A stretch of 64,000 bases of DNA from an uncultured delta proteobacterium (GCA_963778115.1 CAVZSV010000004.1:960001-1024000), one strand, 5' to 3'; shown: positions 8,383 to 18,696, numbered from the stretch's first letter. The notes: generated by a model from the sequence alone, not told the origin. Numbers and translations are program-made.

Positions 8383-9931
8383 TTCCTTCCTCCCGTTCAC
8401 CACGTCCCGCAGCAAACGACATCACCTGTTCTTGAGTCAACGCGCGGTTGACGAGTTCCCCTACCGCTCTGCCTTCACGAAGTACCAGTACCCTATCACT
8501 CAGCGAAAGTATTTCCGGAAGTTCGGACGATACCAGTACCACAGATATCTTCTCCGAGGCCAATCGTCGGATGATCTGATAGATCTCTTCTTTGGCACCG
8601 ACGTCTATTCCTCGAGTGGGTTCGTCTAAGAAAAGAATCTTAGGCGATCTAGCGACCATTTTGGCGAGCAGCACCTTCTGCTGGTTTCCCCCGCTTAAGA
8701 GTTTGATCGGATCTTTGAAATTATTGAGCTTTACGTTCATTTTCTTGGCGTACACATCGACTAGCTCGGACTCTTTCTTGAGATCGAGCTGTTTCCCCCA
8801 TCCCAACAGGCTCGAGAGGTTAGAGATAGTGAGATTAAAATCTATTCCGAGGTCCAAGAAGAGCCCGTCTTTTTTTCTATCTTCGGGAACGAAGGCGACA
8901 CCACTCGCCATGGCTTGTCTAATATCGTTCCAATGCACTCGGGTTCCCGCGTAAACCACCTCGCCCTCTCTCATCCCCGGAAGAACACCCAGAAGAGATC
9001 GCAGAAGTTCGCTGCGCCCCGAACCCATAAGTCCTGCAATGCCTAAAATTTCACCTTCGTGAAGCTCAAAACTGATGTCTTCTAAGATCTTCTTTCCGCT
9101 GGGAAGGGTATGAGAGAGGTGCTGGACTTCAAAGATCTTAGTGATATGGGGTTCGCTTGAGTTCTTCGAGCCTTCCTTAAGAGGACGGCCCACCATGTGG
9201 CGAATCACTTCCGAAGCCTGGGTCTGTTTGGGATCGAGTTCGGCCACTGCTTTTCCATCCCGTAACACCACAATGCGATCGGCAAGCTCAAACACCTCTT
9301 CCAACTTATGGGAGATATAGATGAAGCTCATATCGGCTTTGCGCATGCGCTTAATCACATTAAAAAGGTGAACGACCTCCTGCTGCGACAACGCCGAGGT
9401 CGGTTCATCTAGAATCAGAAGTTGGGCCTTATGATGAAACGCACGCGCGATCTCTACCAACTGCTGTTGGGCGACACTTAAGTCCTCCACTAAAGCGCGT
9501 GCGGGAACATCAAACTCCAGATCCCTGAAAAGACTCTCCGCTTTCTCGTAAAGGCTTTCCCATTGCACTCGAGAGAATAGCCGCATCGACGGCTTTCCGT
9601 CGTAAGGAAAGGATTCGGTCAGAAACAAATTCTCCGCGACGGAGAGTTTAGGAAATAAGCAAAGTTCTTGATGGATAATGGATATTCCGGTCGTTCTGCC
9701 TTGAAGGGGATTCTTCAACTGAAGAGGCTCGCCCCCAAATGTGACCTGGCCGCCGAACGTGCCTATCGGCCACACTCCACTTAGAATTTTCATCAAAGTG
9801 GACTTGCCAGCGCCGTTTTCACCGACGAGTGCTACACATTCACCCCGTTTGACATCAAAAGTGACATCACTCAGTGCAAAAATACCGTCAAAAGACTTCT
9901 TCACATGCGAGATACTTAAAAGCGGCCCCAT
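8369..9931 (-). CDS. xylG: Sugar ABC transporter ATP-binding protein with tandem NBDs
   Basis: GENGAGKSTLMKILSGV, LDEPT, LSGGNQQK, RGIDVGAK. Confidence 0.82.
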   Translation of the reverse strand: MGPLLSISHVKKSFDGIFALSDVTFDVKRGECVALVGENGAGKSTLMKILSGVWPIGTFGGQVTFGGEPLQLKNPLQGRTTGISIIHQELCLFPKLSVAENLFLTESFPYDGKPSMRLFSRVQWESLYEKAESLFRDLEFDVPARALVEDLSVAQQQLVEIARAFHHKAQLLILDEPTSALSQQEVVHLFNVIKRMRKADMSFIYISHKLEEVFELADRIVVLRDGKAVAELDPKQTQASEVIRHMVGRPLKEGSKNSSEPHITKIFEVQHLSHTLPSGKKILEDISFELHEGEILGIAGLMGSGRSELLRSLLGVLPGMREGEVVYAGTRVHWNDIRQAMASGVAFVPEDRKKDGLFLDLGIDFNLTISNLSSLLGWGKQLDLKKESELVDVYAKKMNVKLNNFKDPIKLLSGGNQQKVLLAKMVARSPKILFLDEPTRGIDVGAKEEIYQIIRRLASEKISVVLVSSELPEILSLSDRVLVLREGRAVGELVNRALTQEQVMSFAAGRGEREEGNGIH

Positions 9932-9956
9932 TATTACTTATTCCCCAGAATTTATG

Positions 9957-11015
9957 TTACGTGCCAGCTTTTTTGCCGTAGATCGCATCCGCCGAATGAA
10001 ATCCGGAATCAACAATCTCTTTTTGCACGTTTTCCTTGGTAATGGGGGTTACCGGAGTGCTCACGACGAGGACATCTTTCATTCCGTTGTTAATCTTGGA
10101 ATCAGATACCGGAATCTCTTTCTTTGCAATCTTCACGGCCGCAGCAACCGCAGCTTCCGCAAGTGGCTTGATCCCTTTTAACACTGTCATCGACTGTTTA
10201 CCGTCGACGATGTTCTTTACCGCCGTCAGATCAGCATCTGCCCCCGCCACAAAAACTTTGCCGGTCAGTTTTTGCTCTTCAAGCGCCTTGGTCGCCCCTA
10301 ACGCCATTCCGTCGTTGTTTGCCAAGATAGCTTGAATGTTATTGTGGTTTTTGGTCAGCGCATTTTCTACCGTCGAAAGTGCCAGTGCTGTCGACCATCC
10401 CGGATGGTTCTGCTTCACGACTATCTTAATCGCGGGATTCTTTTCCAAGACCGAGAGATTGCCACGGGTAATCTCATCGGCCACCGAATGGCCGGCTTCC
10501 CCCATTAAGATAATGTAATTTCCTTTGCCATTGGTGGCGGCCACGGCAGCTTCAGCTTGAAGCACCCCCACCTTAAAACTGTCTTGAGTGACGTACAGAT
10601 CAATATCGGCGTTTTTGATGATGCGATCGTAAGCAATGACCGGAACGTTATCCTTCTTGGCCATCGCGACGATGGAGCCGGCAGCTTCTCCATTGACCGG
10701 CTGGATCACCAGCACATCAATTTTCTTGGCAAGTAGCGTCTCCACTTTAGAGGTTTGAACTTCGACCTTGTCATCCGCCGACGCGAACTCCACATCAGCT
10801 CCTGCGGCTTTCGCAGCATCCTCAAAATAGTTACGATCCTTCACATAACGCTCTTCGTTCATCGTCGCTAAAACAAATCCGATCTTAACTTTCTTGGCTT
10901 CCGCCGTCGGGGTAGTCGTGTCGGACTTACGCGTGCAGGAAAGCATTGTGGCATAAACACCGAGCGCCAACAGGAAAGGGAATGCCATCCGGCCGCGAAG
11001 CGTGTCGTGAAACAT
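9957..11015 (-). CDS. xylF: D-xylose-type ABC substrate-binding lipoprotein
   Basis: EERYVKDR, VIAYDR, VGVLQA, NDGMA.G, GADADL, TVLK.IKPLA; MLSC lipobox; GGAGG RBS before ATG 11015. Confidence 0.75.
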   Translation of the reverse strand: MFHDTLRGRMAFPFLLALGVYATMLSCTRKSDTTTPTAEAKKVKIGFVLATMNEERYVKDRNYFEDAAKAAGADVEFASADDKVEVQTSKVETLLAKKIDVLVIQPVNGEAAGSIVAMAKKDNVPVIAYDRIIKNADIDLYVTQDSFKVGVLQAEAAVAATNGKGNYIILMGEAGHSVADEITRGNLSVLEKNPAIKIVVKQNHPGWSTALALSTVENALTKNHNNIQAILANNDGMALGATKALEEQKLTGKVFVAGADADLTAVKNIVDGKQSMTVLKGIKPLAEAAVAAAVKIAKKEIPVSDSKINNGMKDVLVVSTPVTPITKENVQKEIVDSGFHSADAIYGKKAGT

Positions 11016-11199
11016 AGGACCTCCAATGTGTGTAACCAACCCCTATGGCTAAACCCAGGAATTAAATGGAAATAAGCCCCATAAGTCAACTCTGACGGCG
11101 AGTGATTTGGACAGCTCCTAAAGCCGCTAGAGCCTAAGGGGCACTTCCCGTTTGGCCATACGGGATAGTTGCAGAGGGCAATAGCTCGGATATACTGAA

Positions 11200-11985
11200 T
11201 TGGTGCATCTAAACAACGATTTCCCAAAAAACACAACTTGGACCCTTATTTTCGTACTTGCTATACCCCTTCTCAGCTCTTGCGCTTCGTTATTTCGTAG
11301 CCAAGTCGCCAATCAGGAGAAAGCAAGGATCTATCTAGAGATGGCAGCCGACCAGCTGCATCAGCGGGATTACAATAAGGCCATCGAATCGTGCCACGAA
11401 GCGCTGAAATACGATCCCAATTACGCGGCGGCTTATAACCACATGGCGCTGGTTTATATGGAGACCAAACGCTATCCCAAGAGCGAAGAGGCTTTTAAGA
11501 AAGCACTCGACATAAAACCCAATTATCCCGAGGCATTAAATAACTACGGTGTCATGCTCAACCGCACGGAACGTTACCGTGAAGCCATTCCCCTGTTTGA
11601 AAAGGCACTTCAGAACGAAACCTACTCCACCCCCGAGAACGCTCTTACCAATATGGGCTATTCTTATTACCGGCTAGGGAACCTGGCGAAGGCGCGGTCT
11701 TACCATCAAAAGGCGCTCGACATCATGCCCCAATTTTGCCTGGCGAGTAAGAACATGGGGGATGTCTACGCTAAAGATAAGAATTTTAAGCGGGCTGCCG
11801 ACTACTTCGAGCAAGCCGTCACCAACTGTCCGTTCTATGAAGAGAGCCAATATAAGCTGGGATTAGCCTTAATGCGGCTCGGCAAGCGCAGTAACGCGCG
11901 CGCCCAATTGGAAAGACTCATCCAGAAACACAAGACTGGCCCCTATGTAGATCGGTCAAACGAAGTCCTCAAATATCTCCAGTAA
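11200..11985 (+). CDS. TPR lipoprotein, type IV pilus secretin pilotin (PilW/PilF/Tgl-like)
   Basis: LLSSC lipobox; TPR repeats (EALNNYG, NALTNMG); lies upstream of rodZ, a conserved arrangement. Confidence 0.75.
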   Translation: MVHLNNDFPKNTTWTLIFVLAIPLLSSCASLFRSQVANQEKARIYLEMAADQLHQRDYNKAIESCHEALKYDPNYAAAYNHMALVYMETKRYPKSEEAFKKALDIKPNYPEALNNYGVMLNRTERYREAIPLFEKALQNETYSTPENALTNMGYSYYRLGNLAKARSYHQKALDIMPQFCLASKNMGDVYAKDKNFKRAADYFEQAVTNCPFYEESQYKLGLALMRLGKRSNARAQLERLIQKHKTGPYVDRSNEVLKYLQ

Positions 11986-12187
11986 TATAAAATCCGAATA
12001 ATGCCGAAATAATCATAGGATCGGGGTTTTGACTGGACGTACCCCCAAATCCTATCTAAAACCTAGTCTCGTTATTTTACGACGTGAATTACGGAGTCAG
12101 CTGAGATCGGGGTTAGAGTTTATTGAGATCAAATCAAGTTCGCAGCCGAATTTAGATTTGAGAAACTGCGGTTAAAGCCGGACGAAC

Positions 12188-13336
12188 ATGGAAAACGAAA
12201 ATTTCAGCTCATACCTGAAGACCCAACGGGAGAAAAAGGGGATCCGACTTGAGGAGATCGCTTCGATCACCAAGATCCATTTTCACAGTCTCGAACTGTT
12301 GGAATCTGGTCAATTCGATAAGCTGCCTCCCGAACCCTTCATTCGCGGATTTATCATCGCATATGCAAAATACGTCGGGCTCGATATCAAAGACGTCATT
12401 GCCAAGTATCTTGAAGAGGTGAATCCTACTAATTCGCCTGCAACCACAGCCATCCCCACAGATACGAAATCGGCAGCAAATCCCGTCCCCGCAAATCCAA
12501 CAAAAATTTCTGAAAAACCAGCACCCAAAAAAACCAAAGTACCGGAAGAAAGTCCCACCCCCACCGAGGTCATGCAGCACGGACGAGCCCTTCCTACTAA
12601 GAGGATCGCTCTGGGAGCCATGGGAGCTTTGGTAGTCGTCGGATTTCTTTTTGTCATGCGGGTAGGAAAGCACTCCACCGAAGGCAATGTTACCGTCGCC
12701 TCTGCTCCGACGACGCCTCCGAAGCCGGAAGCTCAAAGTTCGCAAATTCAAAATGTCATCAACTCTCCCGCTTTTCCTCCCACCGCTAACAACGTAGCTC
12801 CTCAAGCCCCTAACTCGGTCCCTCCCTCTATAGTCGCCGCCGCGACTACAGCCGCTCCTGGAGAGCCGGCAAACCAAGCTTCGAAAAGTGCCACCGCATC
12901 GGCCATCGTCGCCGCTTCCAAATCGCAGGGTGGCACAACACGCGAGGTGGCTTCGCCTAGCGGTAGTACGGCAACTCCTTCACTTACCACGGCACCAAGT
13001 GCCGCGACGGCGACCGATCCTCAAGCCAAACACGAAGTGGTCATCGATGGAAAAGAGCGAACCTGGATCAAAGTCGTCGTCGATGACAAACCGCCCATCG
13101 AATACATTTTAGCCGAAGGCAAGAAAGCGACTTATACCGCCAAGGACAAAATTAAAGTGGTATTGGGAAATTCCACCGGAACCGTCGTCACTCACAACGG
13201 CGAAGCTAGTGAAGGAAAGAAATTCTCGGGAACGATCCGATCTTATATCTTTCCGCCCAACTCCCGATTCCCTCAAGACGTCGTTTCCAAGCGAGCCACT
13301 ACGTCGTCCGATGCTACGGCTACTGATACGCAATAA
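12188..13336 (+). CDS. rodZ: Cell shape protein RodZ (HTH - TM - linker - DUF4115)
   Basis: LKTQREKKGIRLEEIA..FIRGFI.AYAKYVGLD; one TM helix; P/A/T/S linker; WIKV..D...LGN C-terminal domain. Confidence 0.85.
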   Translation: MENENFSSYLKTQREKKGIRLEEIASITKIHFHSLELLESGQFDKLPPEPFIRGFIIAYAKYVGLDIKDVIAKYLEEVNPTNSPATTAIPTDTKSAANPVPANPTKISEKPAPKKTKVPEESPTPTEVMQHGRALPTKRIALGAMGALVVVGFLFVMRVGKHSTEGNVTVASAPTTPPKPEAQSSQIQNVINSPAFPPTANNVAPQAPNSVPPSIVAAATTAAPGEPANQASKSATASAIVAASKSQGGTTREVASPSGSTATPSLTTAPSAATATDPQAKHEVVIDGKERTWIKVVVDDKPPIEYILAEGKKATYTAKDKIKVVLGNSTGTVVTHNGEASEGKKFSGTIRSYIFPPNSRFPQDVVSKRATTSSDATATDTQ

Positions 13337-13338
13337 GA

Positions 13339-14004
13339 TCAATCTTTGAGCTGACCTGTGAGCAGCTTACTATCCAGACTTTTCCAAACATACCAGCTAG
13401 CCACCGAACTCATTCCCTTCCAATGGGGAACTAATTCGGGCACCTTTTTGGGATGAGGGAGCTCGGGCAATCGGTGGAGCAATTGAATTCCGCGACGGAT
13501 TCCAAAATCCAGAGTAGGAAGAACATCCGGCCGCCCCAAGGAAAAGATGAGAAACATATGTGCCGTCCAAACACCGATGCCTTTTACTTCCGTAAGCCGT
13601 TCGACCAAGATCTCATCTGAAAGTGTTACCCACCCTCGACGCCAAGTGGCGTCTTCCCAGCGTTCGCTCAGTGCCTTTAGATAGCTCGCCTTTGCTTTAG
13701 AAATGCCGACCTTTCGAAGTTGGGGAATGCGCCATTTCAGGATGGACGAGGGCTTAGGGAACGGGCGCTCCAATTCCTTAAAACGACCGATGATACTTCT
13801 GGCTGCCGCAGTGGCGAGCTGTTGGGAAAGAATGGACTCGGCGAGCGCTCGAAAGTGATTGGATTCAAACTCTAATGTCGGCGGCCCCAGCCGTGCGATT
13901 AGCGGGCGGAGCGACGCATCAGCTTTGGAGAGAGTTGAAGACAGCTTTTTCCATTCTTCGTTCCGCGCCCAAGCCAACTCTCGTAACATTTCTTGCTTTG
14001 CCAT
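13339..14004 (-). CDS. alkA: DNA-3-methyladenine glycosylase II (HhH-GPD family)
   Basis: SILSQQL, LTEVKGIGVWTAHM.LIFSLGRPDVLP.LD.G. Confidence 0.8.
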   Translation of the reverse strand: MAKQEMLRELAWARNEEWKKLSSTLSKADASLRPLIARLGPPTLEFESNHFRALAESILSQQLATAAARSIIGRFKELERPFPKPSSILKWRIPQLRKVGISKAKASYLKALSERWEDATWRRGWVTLSDEILVERLTEVKGIGVWTAHMFLIFSLGRPDVLPTLDFGIRRGIQLLHRLPELPHPKKVPELVPHWKGMSSVASWYVWKSLDSKLLTGQLKD

Positions 14005-14032
14005 TTCTCTCTTCTACCGGATACTTAATGGC

Positions 14033-14938
14033 GTGAAAACCTCCGTCGAACCTATTTTTGTGGGTCCTCTTGCCGCTTGGCTCCATGAGCCGGAACGAAA
14101 AGCCAAAATGCGAGTTCTCTTGGTTCACGGTCTCGGCGAACATAGCGGACGCCACTTGAACACTGTCGATTTCTTGGTCTCGCAGGGATTTGAAGTCGTT
14201 CGTTTTGATCTGAGAGGGGCCGGAAAGAGTGGCGGCGAAAGGCAATGGGTAGAGAAGTTCAGCGACTACGTCGATGATACGACCCGTATTTACAACTGGA
14301 TCTGCTCCGAGCGAGATCCGCTTCCCCTAGTTGTTTTGGGACACAGCTTGGGAGGAGCCATCTCGATCTATTTTAGCGCGCGTTTCGCTAACCAGTTAAG
14401 GGGACTTGCGCTAAGCGCTCCCGCCTACCTGGCGGGAGATGGAGTTTCCTCCATTAAGATCGCAGTGGGAAAGATGATTCAACGCTTTGCTCCCCACCTA
14501 AGAATTCCTGGATCCTTAGACGCTTCCACCATCTCCAGAGATCCTAAAGTGGTGGCCGATTATGTGAGCGACCCTTTGGCCTGCCACTTCAATACACTAA
14601 GGCAAGGAAATGAAATTATCACCGCTATGGATCAGCTCCCTAAGCAATTGCCGGCGCTGAAGCTTCCGGTAGCCTTGTTTCACGGTACGATGGACCGAAT
14701 TATCCGCCCCGAGGGTAGCTTTCAAATTCTTGAACAGCTTCCCGGCCCGGATCGCACTTTATATTTTCTTCCTGGCGGTTATCATGAACCCCATAACGAT
14801 CTCGATAAGGAAAATTACTTTCTACTACTAGGGCAGTGGTTGATTCGCCAGCAAGAAAGCGTGAAAAGTAATACGAAAAATCTGTCTTTGCGAAGAGCCC
14901 AAAGGGCGACACGGCAACCTATCGATCGAAATGAGTAG
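14033..14938 (+). CDS. Alpha/beta hydrolase, lysophospholipase/monoacylglycerol lipase type
   Basis: VHGLGEHSGR, DLRG.G.S, GHSLGG nucleophile, HG..D, YHE; start uncertain (GTG 14033 or ATG 14108). Confidence 0.88.
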   Translation: MKTSVEPIFVGPLAAWLHEPERKAKMRVLLVHGLGEHSGRHLNTVDFLVSQGFEVVRFDLRGAGKSGGERQWVEKFSDYVDDTTRIYNWICSERDPLPLVVLGHSLGGAISIYFSARFANQLRGLALSAPAYLAGDGVSSIKIAVGKMIQRFAPHLRIPGSLDASTISRDPKVVADYVSDPLACHFNTLRQGNEIITAMDQLPKQLPALKLPVALFHGTMDRIIRPEGSFQILEQLPGPDRTLYFLPGGYHEPHNDLDKENYFLLLGQWLIRQQESVKSNTKNLSLRRAQRATRQPIDRNE

Positions 14939-15767
14939 TGCCCCCCATTTGACAAAACCTCCCCAAAACTGGTCTAACTTCCCCATGGCTTGCTCTATCG
15001 ATCTCACTTTTGTCGCGTCCCTTTATCGGAAATACAAAGATGACTTAAGGGCTGTAAAAGAGGCTCAGAAAAAATTTCATGTCTCCTCGGGTTATTGGAA
15101 CGCAAAAAACCCACCGGTGCTTCGAAAAGCATCCATGTCACTGCACCGGGCCGGCCATTATTTGAAATACGGAGCCCTTCTTAAGCCACAACTAGACGAT
15201 ATAGAAGCTGAAATTACCTATCTGAGGCTTCGCGAGTCTAAGCCGCTAAGTGTGGTGGAGATCTCCCCCTGTGGCGGATGGTCGACGACCTGGATCTTAA
15301 GGGCACTGCGAGACAACGGCCAAGGACATCTTTATTCGTTTGATCTAGTGGATCTTGCAACCAAAAATGTTCCACAGGACCTCTCCAAAGACCGTTGGAC
15401 ATTCTTTCAAGGAGACGTCACAAAAAATACGGACAGACTTCCCGATTCGATCGACTATCTTTTCTTAGACAGCGACCATTCCGAGTCTTTCGCGAAGTGG
15501 TACGTCGAAAATCTTATCCCCCGCCTAAAACCGCTTACTCCGGTGAGCGTCCACGATATCTTTCACAACAGCCATCCAGACGGTTTCAGCGGAGAAGGTA
15601 CCGTTATTATCGAATGGTTAAAAGAGCACCAGAAAGATTTTTTCACGGCCTCTCCCGCGAAAGCGCCTAAGAATTATGATTCCTTGCTCGAGCTAAGGAA
15701 CCAAGAAGGGCTTTCTGATTCCATTCACGCGGATCACTACAACTCCATGATCTTTTTCGAAGCCTGA
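14931..15767 (+). CDS. Class I SAM-dependent methyltransferase (Methyltransf_24-like)
   Basis: VVEISPCGGWST, LYSFD, QGD, IDYLFLDSDHS, VHD. Confidence 0.75.
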   Translation: MSSAPHLTKPPQNWSNFPMACSIDLTFVASLYRKYKDDLRAVKEAQKKFHVSSGYWNAKNPPVLRKASMSLHRAGHYLKYGALLKPQLDDIEAEITYLRLRESKPLSVVEISPCGGWSTTWILRALRDNGQGHLYSFDLVDLATKNVPQDLSKDRWTFFQGDVTKNTDRLPDSIDYLFLDSDHSESFAKWYVENLIPRLKPLTPVSVHDIFHNSHPDGFSGEGTVIIEWLKEHQKDFFTASPAKAPKNYDSLLELRNQEGLSDSIHADHYNSMIFFEA

Positions 15768-15770
15768 TTT

Positions 15771-17681
15771 TCAAGCTGGCCTAACACTTGGACGACGCCC
15801 GCTGAGCCAAAAAGAGAGGCTTACGACCAAAATAATAAACTGGGGAACTAAAGACTCATACGTGGGATACAGGCCAAACAGATCGAGCCGCATCGAAATG
15901 GGGAATTCCGTTACTGAAAGGAGTCCCGCCTCTTGAAAAGAATGAATGGCCTTTCCCATCAGGATAAAGGAAAGGATAACCATAATGAACGAAGAGATAT
16001 CAAATAACTGTCGAATGGGAATCCTTGCGCTAAATCGCACGAGTGCCGTCGCTAATACGATGACAAAAAAAAGTGCGCTTAACACCCCTGCTGTCATAGC
16101 GGCGTGATGGCCGTCACCCGATTCAAGAAGAACAGCTCTTAAGAACAAGACCGTCTCAAACGCTTCGCGAAAAACCGCCATAAAAGAAATGCCGGCAAGT
16201 AGCACCAAACTTTTTCCACTCATCACCGTCTCAGCCATTTGATTGAGAAACGCTCTCCATCTGCCGATTTCCGTTTTACGATGGAGCCAAAATCCCATGT
16301 AGAGGACGACGCCGACGGCTAAAAGCGAGATAAATCCTTCTAACGTTTCGCGGTGAGCTCCACTAATTTGCAAGACCCAACCTGAGATAGCCCACGCGCC
16401 AAATCCAAAGCCTACCGCCAAGATCCAGCCAAGATGCACCGAAAGTGCGGCTCGCTTGGAGCCGATCGAACGGATGACACCGAGTAGAGTGATAATGAGC
16501 AAAATGGCCTCGAAAGCTTCGCGAGTCACAATTCCGGCAGAAACGACAAAGGTCATTGCAGGTGAAGTTTCGCTCTTGAGAGAACTATCGACCCGGCCGA
16601 TCGTATCGAGAGCTTTCTGTACTCGCGTCTCTATTTCGGAAAGCTCTTTTCGACCATCAATCGCGGAGCGGACTTGAGTCATCCGCTCTTCGACTTCTAC
16701 AAAGAGGCTCGGATCACTGGCTCGAAGCCTGGGCTCGATGGGTTCGATGCCGTTGAGATAGGCACTCAACGCATTTTTCTTGGCGGAGTCCATCCTTCCC
16801 GCTCGGTATTCTGTAAGAGCATTTTCTAATTCTGATTTGGCGAGGAAAAGAAAATTCTTGGTTTCGTCTCCGCCTCCACTTCTAAGTCGTATCGCGTTCA
16901 ATGCGGCCGTTTTGACCGCTTCATTTCCGGACAATGACGTCTGTAACTCCGCATCCGACTGAGTGGCCACCTGTTGCAAACCAACGGTTGGTCCGGCACT
17001 ACTAGAAGCTACGATCGGAGTCTTGTCGTCGCCTTTGCGGTGGCGAAATGACACGACATAGAAAGCCAACTCCCACACCTGTTGATCCGTGAATTGCGAA
17101 AATGAAGCCATCGCGGTTCCGGGAACACCCAACCGAATGGCATTAAAGGCCTGAAACGGAGAGATATGGTCCATCTTTTCTTCATGAAAGTTGGCGGGTT
17201 TCGGATCTAAAGCTTTTCCGGCGGGTCCATCGCCGTAGCCTTTATCGCCGTGGCAAACGGCACAATTCTGTTGGTATCTAAGCCTGCCCTCTTCAAGGTT
17301 GGGCCACGTCGAAGGAGATAGTTGGATTCCTGAAACCCCAATCACTTTCCACTTAAGATCGCGCGATCGTTTTTCGATTTCGGCTTCCGGCGCTTTTGAA
17401 TTGATCGCCTTTTGCAAAGCCCTCAAATCGTCGCCAATTCCGGCCGTGTTCTTTAGTTCGGGGATAGATTCGTTGAGCTCTACCAAAGTATTTCCGAACT
17501 CCTGCTGCTCTTTGAATTCACTTTCGGAGAGAACCTTCCCGTTTTTGACGGCCCCGGGATAATCGAGTGCGATGTAATCTAAGAGGTGGATCAAAAGACG
17601 AGGAGAGCGTTCGGGGGTATCTAGGGAAAAGACATTCGAAGACAAAAATGTCAGCACCACCAAGAGAAAACGCAGTTTCAT
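15771..17681 (-). CDS. Cytochrome c / FTR1 family metal permease (PbrT/EfeU-like)
   Basis: DYIALDYPGAV..G..SE..EQ.EF N-terminus; CAVCHG heme motif; two REAFE (RExxE) motifs in TM domain. Confidence 0.88.
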   Translation of the reverse strand: MKLRFLLVVLTFLSSNVFSLDTPERSPRLLIHLLDYIALDYPGAVKNGKVLSESEFKEQQEFGNTLVELNESIPELKNTAGIGDDLRALQKAINSKAPEAEIEKRSRDLKWKVIGVSGIQLSPSTWPNLEEGRLRYQQNCAVCHGDKGYGDGPAGKALDPKPANFHEEKMDHISPFQAFNAIRLGVPGTAMASFSQFTDQQVWELAFYVVSFRHRKGDDKTPIVASSSAGPTVGLQQVATQSDAELQTSLSGNEAVKTAALNAIRLRSGGGDETKNFLFLAKSELENALTEYRAGRMDSAKKNALSAYLNGIEPIEPRLRASDPSLFVEVEERMTQVRSAIDGRKELSEIETRVQKALDTIGRVDSSLKSETSPAMTFVVSAGIVTREAFEAILLIITLLGVIRSIGSKRAALSVHLGWILAVGFGFGAWAISGWVLQISGAHRETLEGFISLLAVGVVLYMGFWLHRKTEIGRWRAFLNQMAETVMSGKSLVLLAGISFMAVFREAFETVLFLRAVLLESGDGHHAAMTAGVLSALFFVIVLATALVRFSARIPIRQLFDISSFIMVILSFILMGKAIHSFQEAGLLSVTEFPISMRLDLFGLYPTYESLVPQFIILVVSLSFWLSGRRPSVRPA

Positions 17682-18022
17682 TGAAGTAGATCCTCCACGT
17701 GCTCGATCCCTTCATCGAGCAGACGTTCGATATGATGATCGTCTAAACGGTAAAAGATGGTTCGATGTTCCCGCCTGACGTTGACCAGTTTAAGATTTCT
17801 CAAAGTCCTTAAGTGATGGCTAACCGCGGACGGACTCATCGCCAGAAGTTTCGCGATGTCCCCCACGCATAACTCGCCGTGGGAGAGTACCCAGACCACC
17901 TGAAGCCTTGAAAAGTCTCCTAGAGTCTTAAAGGTCTCAGCCAAGAGTTCAAACAAGCGACGACCATCCCGGTTCGCCGAAAGCCGAATAGCTACTTTTT
18001 CGAAAGTAAGAGACTTCCCCAT
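17678..18022 (-). CDS. ArsR/SmtB family metal-sensing repressor
   Basis: FKTLGD.SR, ELCVGD, SAVSHHLRTLR, alpha5-type DHH-x10-H. Confidence 0.9.
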   Translation of the reverse strand: MGKSLTFEKVAIRLSANRDGRRLFELLAETFKTLGDFSRLQVVWVLSHGELCVGDIAKLLAMSPSAVSHHLRTLRNLKLVNVRREHRTIFYRLDDHHIERLLDEGIEHVEDLLQ

Positions 18023-18042
18023 ATATGAGCATATGTTTAAAT
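18023..18042. promoter_or_regulatory. Putative ArsR/SmtB operator
   Basis: Imperfect inverted repeat ATATGAGCAT/ATGTTTAAAT (7 of 10 positions complementary) abutting the repressor start codon. Confidence 0.5.
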
Positions 18043-18108
18043 GAGAATATTACAGGCCGTCAATCAGAAATAGGGCGGAAACAGAGCAAAAAGTTCTTAA
18101 AAGTGCGC

Positions 18109-18663
18109 CTACCCGCGTTTCTCGGCGATCCAGGGAACATCCTCCACTCCGGCCAATTGATTGGCGAGTCTGGCCAGGATGAACAGAAAGTCCGACAACC
18201 GGTTTAAATAGACCAATACCCAATGGTCCACCGACTCGTCAGGGAGAGAATTCAAATGGACCACACTTCGTTCCGCACGTCGGCAAACGGTACGGGCCAA
18301 ATGTAATATCGCGGAAGCCTTACTACCCCCGGGCAAAATAAAATTTCTCATGGGAGAGAGAGTTTCACTAATCACGTCGATTTGACGCTCTAAGGCGTCG
18401 ATCTGAGCGGAGGTGATGACGGGAAGCTTCGGATCGGGATTGGGAGAGGCTAATTCCGCTCCCAAAATAAAAAGGGCCGATTGGACTTCGGATAATGTTT
18501 TTTTCAGCGGCGCATGCTGCGTCTCGGCACAGGCAAGCCCTATTAGCGCATTGAGTTCGTCAATATCGCCATATGCCGCAATGCGCGGTGAGTCCTTTGA
18601 AACCCGCCCCCCGCCGTAAAGTCCTGTTGTCCCCTTGTCCCCTGTTTTCGTATAGATCTTCAT
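18109..18663 (-). CDS. ATP:cob(I)alamin adenosyltransferase, PduO type
   Basis: MKIYTKTGDKGTT, YGDIDELNA, FILPGG, RTVCRRAER, YLNRLSD.LF. Confidence 0.93.
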   Translation of the reverse strand: MKIYTKTGDKGTTGLYGGGRVSKDSPRIAAYGDIDELNALIGLACAETQHAPLKKTLSEVQSALFILGAELASPNPDPKLPVITSAQIDALERQIDVISETLSPMRNFILPGGSKASAILHLARTVCRRAERSVVHLNSLPDESVDHWVLVYLNRLSDFLFILARLANQLAGVEDVPWIAEKRG

Positions 18664-18696
18664 CAGATAGGTTTTAGCCTATTTTCCCCCTTTCGC

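Noticed and set aside
13859..14032. N-terminal extension of the hydrolase ORF
   Set aside because: Antisense overlap with alkA and no hydrolase-like sequence.
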